This document shows, in pieces, positions 54,701-64,000 of a stretch of 64,000 nt of DNA. Within the stretch, counting starts at the first letter, position 1, and every line of letters starts with the position of its first letter. This DNA is from Camelus dromedarius (Eukaryota): the NCBI RefSeq assembly GCF_036321535.1, contig NC_087437.1:21950001-22014000 (forward strand). The letters run 5' to 3'. The position numbers were made by a program, and so were the translations under genes. The notes beneath the pieces were generated by a model that saw only the letters and a program-made list of their open reading frames with translations, did not search any database and was not told where the DNA came from.

Positions 54701-56115
54701 CCAGCGATTTAGGGTACCTGCCATTCATCTCCATGGTCTGGATCCAAACAAGAGTTTAGTGCTTAACTAGGCCAAGGTAACCTTATGCAGCTCAAAATTT
54801 TCAGTTACGACCCAAGTAACATCCTCCTGACTTTCATAATATAACTGCCATATTTATTCCTGAATATTACAATTTTAATTTTAAGCAAGGCTAGATGGGC
54901 TCAGTCTAGAACAGTGTCCTCTCACCTTTCATGATGGCTGCATTAAGAACCACAGCCACAGTAGTGGGCTGGCGTCTTCCCCTTGCAGAGAAGTCAAATG
55001 CTCTGCATGTCCTGGTAAGCCACTTTCGGTCCTACCCCAAACTGACAACCAACAGCACCTTCCTTCCCTCCTGGGTGGAATGTCAAACCTTGATTTGTAA
55101 GGAAATACGAACAGCTTACTCCTACTGCTCTCCCCATGCAAGAAGCTGTGTGTGAGGACCAGTCACTTGGGCATTGCTTCAAAAGGCACATTTATTCCAG
55201 TGGCAATTTAAATTAGTAGAGAAGGAAAAATTAAGATTAAAAACAAACAAACAAAAAAATAGGATGGGATTTGTGGAATACATGAAAGTAAACAGGAAAC
55301 TGGGATCTATACAAACCGAGCTCCTTTCCAATAGTTTAACCAGAGTTCCTAAGGTAGGAGAAATCACAGTTATATCATGACACACACAGGCCTTCAAAAA
55401 ATACTGTTTAAAAAAGTGAGAACGCTCAAGCAGCTTGCCCTGATGTCCAGTTCAAGAGTACGCAGTGCAGACGGGCTGCAAAAACTCAAAACTACATGAC
55501 AAAGAAAATTCAGTGCAGATCACGGGCTTTCATAAATTACGAAAAATCGTTGTATATATTACTATTTAAATAACGTATGAGAAACATTTTGAAATAATTA
55601 ACGTGTGTTCACATTCCATGCATTTTCTAGTAGGTTAAGCCCTGGGTTTGTGTCTTCATGCTTGCGTCCTACAAAGCTCTATTCTTTGACAAATCCAAGC
55701 ATTCCTCAGACTGAAATGGAAGTAGCCAGGGATTTTGTCTACTTACCGTCTTTACCGCAGGCCTGACCTCACAAGAGCTACTTGTTATTACCTCTGGCAG
55801 AGAAGATGACGGGAAAATCGAAATGTTTGGGGTTTTATTCGCTGCCTTAGAAAAATCCCTGGATGTCACAGACACCACCTGAATTTTTTTTCAGGGGCAA
55901 GAACCAGCTGCTCTCTCCCTCCTGATTAACCCACCTCCATCTTCCAAAGGCCCAAAGCACTGAGACCCCCTTGAATTTTTCCCTGTGGTTTTGCAGCACC
56001 GTCCTGGAGCAAAGAAGGAAACACAACAAAACTTGAAAACAAACCAACAACAGCAACAACAGAAACTCCAAACAAACAGGTAGGCTGAGCCGGCCGCCTC
56101 CTCGGAGGCGGAGGC
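48765..56115 (-). other. PAQR9: Probable long PAQR9 3'UTR / 3' flank
   Basis: About 7 kb nearly free of interspersed repeats directly after the stop codon. Minus-strand AATAAA candidates at 55191-55196, 49194-49199 and 48765-48770. The true end cannot be fixed from sequence. Confidence 0.5.
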
Positions 56116-57249
56116 TCACTTTTTACTGCAGAATTCGGCGCTGCTGAGGAACTTCTTGATGACCAGCCCCAGACAGACGACCAACAACAGCATGTAGCCC
56201 ACGGTGCCCAAGAAGGTGGGCGCGTCAGGTGGCGCCTTGAGGAACTGGCGCAGGCCCTCCTCTACGTAGTACACCTGGTCGTAGATGCTGAGGAAAGTGA
56301 AGATGTGGAAGAGCTGGTGGCTGTGGCCGATGATGTCGAAGAGGCCTGGCTGGATGCGCTCGGGGATCTTGCTCACGTTGAAGAAGGCCGCCACCACCAG
56401 CCAGAAGTAGCGGCGGTAGAAATGCAGGAAGAGCGTGGGGTTCTCGCCGCGCAAGTCGAAGAGCCAGCTCTCGAGCATAATGGGGCAGGCCATGCTCAGG
56501 GGCATGATGAAGACAAAGGTGCGCAGCGCGAACGGGTAAGAGCACCAGTCAGTGCGGCTCTTGCAGCAGGCCACCGTGCAGGTCACGGCCAGCACGAAGG
56601 CCACGGGCAGCACGAGCGCGCGGTAGGCGGCGATGAGGCCGGTGCAGTCCACGTGCCAGCCCAGACGCTGCTGTACGTACGGGGTCATCACCCTGGCGTC
56701 CAGCAAACTCAGGCCCGGCAGCAAGTAGTAGTAGTATGCCACCGTGCTGCCGAAGCCGTAGTAGCTGATGGACGCGTAGTCCAGGTAGAAGAAGGCGGCG
56801 CGCAGGCGCAGCGACAGGCAGCTGAACACGTGTGCCGTGCAGCTCATGGCGAAGGTCAGCAGCACCCCCGACGCGTAGCACCACAGCGGCAGCAGCCATG
56901 GGTGGTGGAAGGGCACGTCGCGGCCGCTCAGGAAGAACAGATGGCAGAACTTGCTCAGGAACAGCAGCAGCGGGATGAAGTGCGTCCAGAAGTTGAGCGT
57001 CTCGTTGGTAGGCTTCAGCACCGAGGCTAGGCACTCCTGCGCCGTGCACGGCAGCCGCCGGTAGCCCGACAGGATGAAGCACTCCACGAAGTCGTCGGGC
57101 ACCTCGTCCCAGCGCAGCAGCGGCTTGGCGGATGCCGGAGGGTCCCCGGGGGCCGAGGGGTGGGGGCGCGAGGCGGCCTCTGAAGCCGCCGCGGTCGTGC
57201 CGGGCGGGCCTTTTGTGCCCGCGCTCCGGGGCTGCAGGCGCCGCGGCAT
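56116..57249 (-). CDS. PAQR9: Progestin and adipoQ receptor family member 9 (membrane progestin receptor epsilon), 377 aa, single coding exon
   Basis: ATG at 57249 (ggcaccATGC). MPRRLQPR...EFCSKK matches recalled PAQR9. PAQR/hemolysin-III motifs NETLNFWTH, SCTAH, HQLFH and hydrophobic helices. The track's TTG start at 57399 is upstream of the canonical ATG. Confidence 0.98.
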   Translation of the reverse strand: MPRRLQPRSAGTKGPPGTTAAASEAASRPHPSAPGDPPASAKPLLRWDEVPDDFVECFILSGYRRLPCTAQECLASVLKPTNETLNFWTHFIPLLLFLSKFCHLFFLSGRDVPFHHPWLLPLWCYASGVLLTFAMSCTAHVFSCLSLRLRAAFFYLDYASISYYGFGSTVAYYYYLLPGLSLLDARVMTPYVQQRLGWHVDCTGLIAAYRALVLPVAFVLAVTCTVACCKSRTDWCSYPFALRTFVFIMPLSMACPIMLESWLFDLRGENPTLFLHFYRRYFWLVVAAFFNVSKIPERIQPGLFDIIGHSHQLFHIFTFLSIYDQVYYVEEGLRQFLKAPPDAPTFLGTVGYMLLLVVCLGLVIKKFLSSAEFCSKK

Positions 57250-57513
57250 GGTGCCCGGGGCTTGACTAGGGCGCGCACAGGCGACCTCTGGCGCCGGCTC
57301 CCGCGGGCTCGCCAGTCCCCGCCGGCCGCCGTCGGAGCCTTTGTGCACGCGCCGGGCGCGTCGCTGCAGGTTCAAGGGAAGACCTGAGCCTCGGAGCAAC
57401 CGTTCCTAAATAAATAAATTAAAAAAAAAAAAAAAAAGAATCATCAATTTCTAAGCCGCGCAGCGACTGGCAGGAGCGCGCCGGGCTCGGCGGCCCCTTC
57501 GCCAGGCTCCCTG

Positions 57514-57568
57514 CTACCTGCTCGCGGCCGCCCGCGCTGCGGCAGCAGCGGCGGCGGCGCGGCTGACT

Positions 57569-57605
<37 letters not shown>

Positions 57606-57624
57606 TGCTGCGGTGACTGGGCAT
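57514..57624 (-). CDS. Candidate upstream ORF encoding a 36-aa polyalanine peptide
   Basis: ATG at 57624 (cgcgcgATGC): MPSHRSS-A12-VSR-A8-RAAASR-TAG. Translation is untested. Confidence 0.4.
57569..57604 (-). repeat. Trinucleotide repeat in PAQR9 leader: (GCG)12 on plus, (CGC)12 on minus
   Basis: Perfect 36-bp run, with further short GCC runs at 57541-57558 and 57637-57655. Confidence 0.95.
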
Positions 57625-58939
57625 CGCGCGGTGCGGGCGCCGCCGCCGCCGCCGCCCCCGGCGCGGAAGGCGGGGATGTGGGAGCCGAGGCGCTAGAGGG
57701 AGGGAGGGAAGTGCGCACCGAGGGAGGGTGGGGACCTCCCCGGCTAGTGTTTCGTGGCCGCCTCGTGGGATAGAGTTGTCCCCTGTCTCGAGTTCTGTAC
57801 CATCCCCCCTGCTCGGGTCGCAGAAGCCCGAGCTGGCCCGTTAATGATAGATGAGGGGGCCAAAGTCTCCGCCGGCGACTCGGCAGCCCGCGCAGAGGGC
57901 GAGAGTCGACGCGGGGATTCGAAACCCGACAGCCACTTGGGCGTTCGAGAGGACACTGGGGAGCCGCGTTCGCGGGGGGCGGGGAGCTGCGGTCTCGGGG
58001 TGGGGGGTGGTAGGGGAGGGCGGCCGGCGAGCGGGAGCTGGGCCAGGGCGGAGAGATGTGCTAACAGGAATCTCCGGAGGGGGTCGGAGCGCTCCAGAAA
58101 TCGGGGGTAGGGGAGAGGGAGCTTTGAGGCCGTGTCTGGATTGGGACCATATCATTGTCAGATACCTGGGACTGCCGTTCTTTCGGGGTGTGTGTGTGCG
58201 CGCGCCTGCGCGCGCGCGGTTCCCACTCGGCACCATGTCAAGCATTAATCTCCTTTCGTCTAGCGGACTTATTCAGGTGCGTCACTAACCTTCCTTAGTC
58301 CTTGTCCTGTCCAAACGAACCGTCCTCTAAACTGACCTGTGGTCGCGCTCACCAGCCCTCAGGGGCCGCAGCTCACCCGTACTCCTGTTCTTGTGTCTTT
58401 AACTAGGAATCTTGTTTGGAGCTCGAAGTCCTACCATTCAGGGCAGGCTGCTCAAACTCCACGTTTTAATGAAAAAATTCAGATGAAGTCCAGGCGATTC
58501 AGAAAGCTTGTAATGAGTTGTGAGATTTATTAAAAAGGGATTCCCAAGCAGAACTGTGCCCGAGTCAAGAGGTGATCACAACGGGGAGCGTTGAGAGGGA
58601 GGATTCAGGGAGGAGGTGCATTCTAACCTGAACTGAAAAGAGAACAGAGATAAATTCGTAGGGACTGGGAGGAGTGGCTTGAAAAAAAGCTTTCGCATAA
58701 TTAAGCAGAAGTACCTGGCAGGCTAGGTTGGATGGCTGGAGGCCAGAAGAAAGGAAGACTGAAGAATGGAAAACGGTTGTGATGCACTACGGTGTGAAAA
58801 TATGCCCTTGAGCCTTGTGAAAAGAGGGGCAAAAAAGCCTGCCTCCTGTAAAATGTTTACCATTTCAGGGAAGTTTCTCTTAGTGATGCCCTGGGGGTGT
58901 GACTGAGTCTGCCTTGCATCACTGATAAGTGTCATGGGA

Positions 58940-59130
58940 GCAAGAGCTAACTTTTAAGGAACCAGGCACTATTCTAAGTGCTTTTACAGTTTTAAATCTT
59001 TGAGGCATTATTATTTTTCCCATTTTGCAGATAAGGAAGTGGAGGCACTGGGACCACAAATAAAATGCCCACTTGGTAGGAGGGGGATTTGACCCCAGCA
59101 AGCTGCTTCTAGATCTCATGTACTTAAAGC
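58940..59130 (-). mobile_element. MIR SINE
   Basis: ccaggcactattctaagtgcttttac...cccattttgcagataaggaa...ggatttgacccca. Confidence 0.75.
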
Positions 59131-61133
59131 AGAACATCCAACAACCTGATTTGCTCAAAGGAAACTAGTAGGGAAAGGATAGTCTGGTTTAGGAAAAGGC
59201 TTTCATTTTCATTTTATAAATGAAAGGCTACCTTCATCACTACAACAAATCCTATAATTAGATCAAGGAAGATTTACTTATTGGTGGCTCAGAAGGACTT
59301 AAGTTATGGATAAGAATTATTTATAACTAAGAAATCATTTAGTATTGTAAATGTCTAAATTTACCTAAGGCTACTAGAAACAGTCTCTTTAGAAGTTTCA
59401 GCTTTCTCTTTCAAAAAATAAAAAAAAATGTTTTCCACTAGTTATTGATATAGCAAACTCTTACACAATTAGGCCAGAGGTACACTTGGGTCTTGTGCCT
59501 TTCTGAACCATCACAAATTCCTGATTAATGGATTTTAAATAAATGAGATACTGTTGTAGTTACTTAGCCAGTATTTTTGTTCTAGTAATTTGTTTTGCCA
59601 CTGTCTATAGCCTTGTTGTTTTAAAGCCTTATTTCCTTTCACATCTGGACTAAGGACCCAGGCTAATTTGTAAAAGGAATTACGGTTCAGACATTTATAA
59701 ATCAAGCCTAGGAACAATAAAACTGAATCCAGGGCAGACCAGAAAAAGATTTTTTTATATTCTCTTTGTTGCTCCACAAACAACCTGAGCTGTAGCCTTT
59801 AAAAAAAAAGTTGATCTTATAATAATTCCCATATTTACCAACCTCTTAGTTGTATAATCAGCTCACTTACATAATCAGGGAGGATATAATAGAAAGTTCA
59901 CATCAAGTAAAATAATGGAATTGACTGTAAATGGATGTAAAAAAACTGGTTAGATAGAAAAACATTTATCTTTATGACTAAGAGTGGTGAGACTGGCTAT
60001 AATAAGGTACTGTGTCCTTTAAAGCACTCAGTATTTTATGAAGTCAAGAAAATCTCTTGTAACATTCCTGTGAGTTTTTCAGAAAGTCTTTGTGATTTCT
60101 GCTTTTCTCTTTTCTTATCCATTGCCCACCCCACATGAGGCCTAAAATCAGTTGCTGTCATGACGTGGTGTTTCTGAAAGCTCTCTGGTGCCAACCAAGA
60201 TAGGTGTTCTGGCTAAACCTTGACAAAGCCAGGTCAAAAGGAACTACAAAAGCAGCAAAATTGACCTAACTTATTTAAAAAAGCCCAAACCCAGCAATAT
60301 GACTTTTCCTCAATTACTACCAATCTATTGGATTAATTTTTCTTAAGGTTTTTCAGATGCAAAACACTGTTCACCAAATCCTACACAGGCTGGGTTTCAT
60401 AATTTATTTTAACTCCAGTAAACTAACTCCCCCTTGTCAGTGACAGCCCCAGTCATGTCCCCTGGGCTTGGCTAAACAGATAGAAGCAGCGGGCTGGCTG
60501 CCATTCCCCGAAGGTGCCCCAGGAGATAAGGCATCTCTAAGGTAACCAGAACTGACTACCAAGTTCTTGACAGAGAAGAGTCACCAGGTATCAGATTGGA
60601 AAGCCAGTGCCAGCGTTTAGAGGCAGAAACCAGCTAGTTCTTCCAATTGGAATCTTGTCAAACTAAGGCCACAAATATGTTTATTGCAATTCTGTGGAGG
60701 CTCTGAACATATGGGTACTAAGGGGTCCTGGCTGCAAAAATCAATCATATATAGGAACTGTAGCAAGCAGGACGAATGCTTTTGCCCTGATGGTTTGCTC
60801 TGGTGATGTTCTTATAGACCAACTATAGGTTTATTTGTGTTTCTGTCTATAGTAATAAGATAAAGCATATATAAAAATTCCACAGCAAATGTGATGTTTT
60901 CTAATAAGGATTACGACAGATTTGTAAAACTGCAAAAAAATAATATGCTAGGATATTTGTTAATACTCCAGCTGTTTTGGGAGGAAATAATTTTTTGCTA
61001 GCCTCATTTTTAGCCAAAACCAACCAAACAGACAAACAAAACCCAGTATGGACCCAGTGCTTAATTGCACCACGACTCTCTACGAAGAGAACTCCATAAG
61101 GTTCAATCCCTCTCTTTAGAATATGCAGCCGAA

Positions 61134-61272
61134 GCGGGAGGGTATAGCTCAGTGGTAGAGTGCGTGCCTAGCAAGCACAAGGTCCTGGATTCGATTCCCC
61201 AGTACCTCAATTAAAAATAAGTAAGTAAATAAAAACCCAATTACCCCCCAAAATAATAATAAAACAAATAAA
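61134..61272 (+). mobile_element. tRNA-Ala-derived camelid SINE with imperfect target-site duplication
   Basis: gggagggtatagctcagtggtagagtgcgtgcctagc...ttcgattcccc. Flanks tttagaatatgcag / tttagaacatacag. Confidence 0.88.
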
Positions 61273-63244
61273 TTTAGAACATACAGTCTAAGCAAAATGC
61301 TTCCTTTCCCTCATGTTGAAAACAGTTGTCATGGTATCATCCAAACTCTTCCATAGATATGGTCTCTACCAGATTACAGGGTCCGCAAGTGGCATCAGCT
61401 GTCACCATGGCAACTTTCAGGGCAAAATGCAATCCAAAGTCCAGGTAGAGGGCTGGAAGTGAGAGAGAGAGAGAGTGGTGGGAGACTGAGTTCTTATCTG
61501 ACACTGTTCCTGCCCAGTTACTGACATGGGTTCCCTTTCAAAGAAGAGCTAAAGGAGTCCTGCGGAGGGTGTTTTTTTCTTTTGAGGTTCTATGCCGGGA
61601 GTGACAGCTCCATACTCCCCTCTCTCCCACACAAGTTCACCTGCTCTCTCCCAGTGTTCTCTAAAGTCGGGTGCACCAGAAGACTGATTCAGGTTAAGAA
61701 TAACATGTCACAACTTCTGTTTCAAGAGAATAACATGTCACAACTTTTAAATGCCTGTACTCCGTGAAGGCTGTATCATACACTTAATATGGAGTCCATG
61801 CAGGTCATTTATAAATAACATGTTGGGGCACGAGGAACAGCTAAACACTGGTTGATAAAGGCTCACGATCAAAACTGTTTGTTGATTTCTGCCCTATAGT
61901 CCATTGCTCTGGTTTGTCCGGGTGCTTCCATCCCCTTGCCCATGTCCAGGAGGTACTCCGCTTTCCTGCCTCTCAGGTCACTGGAAGGGGTGTTACAGGG
62001 TCGCCATCTGTCAGCCGACGGTCCCTATGCTCTGACCAGAACTGCCCAGGCCTTCAGCCCCACCTGCAGCTTCCTTGAGCTAACAGTCTCCAGTCTGGAG
62101 TTACTTCTCCCAATTCTGCCTTTCCTGTTTCCTGACTTGAGCCTGACTTGTCTTCCAACAAAGGCCTCATATTTACATGTTATATTCACCCTAATTCACA
62201 GTTACTCTGTGGGGAGGAGGATTTCTGGGTAGGGCCATTTAGGTGGCTTCCATTTATTTAACTTTAAAAACAGTGATACAAGTGTATAAGCTAGATGATT
62301 GAGTTCCTGTTCCTCATTATTCGTGGACAGTTTTCCTTGAGACAGCATGCTCTGCACATAGTAAGCACACAGCACCTATTTGTGATTGGGGAAATTCTTT
62401 TCAGTACTGTAAATCTTTAACAGGTTGGAATCTTAAATAGGGATGTCATGTAATCCTTTGGTCATCCAGAGAGCTGGTCATCTAGTCCAACTCTCTTCCC
62501 ATTTATGGTAGTTGATTCAATTTATTGATCGTATACTGTATTCAGGTACTGGGATAGACCCTTTACATATATTGTCTCTAATTCTCAGGATACTCTTTGC
62601 AGGATAAATCCACTCTCCCCATTTTCAGAGAAGAAACCAGAGGCTCTGAGATGTGAAGCAGTGGAGTGGCAGACCCAGAGGCAAACCGTTAATTCCAAAC
62701 ACTCCACTCTCCTTTACAGGGTGCTGCCTCCTGCGAGGCTGTTGTAACCAGCCTTGAACACCTCCAGTAAAGGCACTTAACTCCCTCATATGGTCCTCAC
62801 TTCCATTTTAAGCTTTTAAAATGGTTGTTGTTGGAAAACTTTATAAATACTTAAATAAGCACAATGGATGAGAAAAAAGAAAAAAACCCACTGTTGCACC
62901 TTGGCCTAAAGCTCAACCATAAGTGTTATTGAATGTGGTCACCGGTTTGATCTGGTTAGAAAGTCCCCGAAAAGAATGATGCCGAGTAAGGCTTGTGTGC
63001 ATGCAGTATGTGACAACTATATATTGATCAGGCATGGCTGGAAGGTACATTTCATGTAAAGAGCATTTTCCTGTAAACAATTAACATCTGTTGTTACCAG
63101 GGGGCTTCCCATAACCCAGATCTCTACAAAGAGGCAAATAGCAGATTCTATGATTTTATAGATGATCATTGCATTGAGTTCAATATTATTGATTACAGTG
63201 ATTGGTTAATACGGAAAAGAAATATTCTGCTGTGGTTTCATTTA

Positions 63245-64000
63245 GTTTTTTTTTTTTCTTTTTAAAAATTTTATTGAGGTGTAACTGACATGTAATGTTA
63301 TATTAATTTCAGGTGCACAACATGATTTGCTGTTTGTATATATTGTGATATGATCACCACAATACGTCTAGTTAACATCCATCTCTATACATAGGTACAA
63401 AATTTTTTTGTGTGTGTTGAGGACTTTTTGAGACTTACTCTCTTGGCAACTTTAAAGTATACAATAGAGTATTAATTATAGTCACCATGCTGTACATTAT
63501 ATCCTGGATGCAGAAACTGGAAATTGATTTTTTGACCCCCTTCACCCATCCTACCCACCCCTACCCCATGCATATGTATCTGTCGTTTTCAGTCTGACTT
63601 ATTTCACTTAGCATAATGTCATTAAGGTCCATTCTTGTTGTCACAGATGATAAGATTTCATTTTTTATGGCAGAATAATATTCCATTGTATATATATATA
63701 TACATATCTTCTTTATTCATTCATCCATTGATAGACATTTAGGTTTGTTTCCATAGCTTGGCTATTGTAAATAATGCTGGAATGAACATAGGGGTGCAGA
63801 TATCTTTTTGAATTAGCATTCCCATTTGCTTTGGATAAATACTCAGAAGTGGAATTGCTGGATCATATGGTAACTCTATTTTTAATCTTTTCAGGAAACT
63901 CCATACTGTTTTCCACCATAGCTGCACCAATTTACATTCCATTTAGCAGTGCACAAGGGTTTCCTTTTCTCCACAGCTTTGCCAACACACGTTATTTCTT
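63245..64000 (-). mobile_element. L1 3' end including ORF2 C-terminus (runs off window)
   Basis: [36 protein letters not shown]...CTPMFIPALFTIAK is the L1 ORF2 C-terminus. Poly(T) tail at about 63246. Confidence 0.93.

Larger units (their letters stand above)
56090..58230. promoter_or_regulatory. PAQR9: CpG island over PAQR9 CDS, leader and promoter
   Basis: High CpG density and an NRF1-like GCGCCTGCGC at about 58202-58211. May be bidirectional. Confidence 0.9.

Noticed and set aside
55890..56118. Possible stop-codon readthrough of PAQR9 into a Cys-rich open frame
   Set aside because: Context is TGA-GCC, not the TGA-CTAG readthrough motif. Cys richness comes from a TGT/TTG low-complexity tract.
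56225..57278. Alternative-frame and antisense ORFs over PAQR9 (241, 177 and 106 aa)
   Set aside because: Expected shadows of a coding sequence with high GC3. No independent evidence.
61134..61210. tRNA-Ala-like sequences here and at about 7.4, 10.4, 30.5, 35.4 and 44.7 kb
   Set aside because: Diverged stems, A-rich tails and target-site duplications show they are SINE copies, not tRNA genes.
1..64000. Prokaryote-type systems (CRISPR arrays, operons, IS elements)
   Set aside because: Sequence is mammalian throughout. No regularly spaced repeat-spacer array or foreign gene-dense block was seen.

Overview
Mammalian genomic DNA, most likely camelid (six copies of a tRNA-Ala-derived SINE resembling camelid vic-1). 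It covers the PCOLCE2-PAQR9 interval. Both genes are on the minus strand: PCOLCE2 coding exons 1-2 and CpG-island promoter at the left end, and the complete single-coding-exon PAQR9 (377 aa) with a long repeat-poor 3' region and CpG island at 56-58 kb. Most of the rest is ancient L1/L2/MIR/LTR/MER repeat. Two things stand out. (1) An apparently decayed multi-exon gene on the minus strand (about 41.96 to 35.8 kb): it starts at an orphan CpG island, has a chain of mostly phase-compatible exon remnants with GT-AG sites, carries a TPR-repeat signature, and has a MER58 transposon inside its largest exon, so it is a candidate unitary pseudogene. (2) A complex PAQR9 leader: a (GCC)n repeat inside an AUG-initiated polyalanine uORF, a putative 112-nt leader intron, and an in-frame stop-free N-terminal extension. 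All calls come from reading by eye. Repeat subfamily names and boundaries are approximate, and reference proteins are recalled from memory, not searched.
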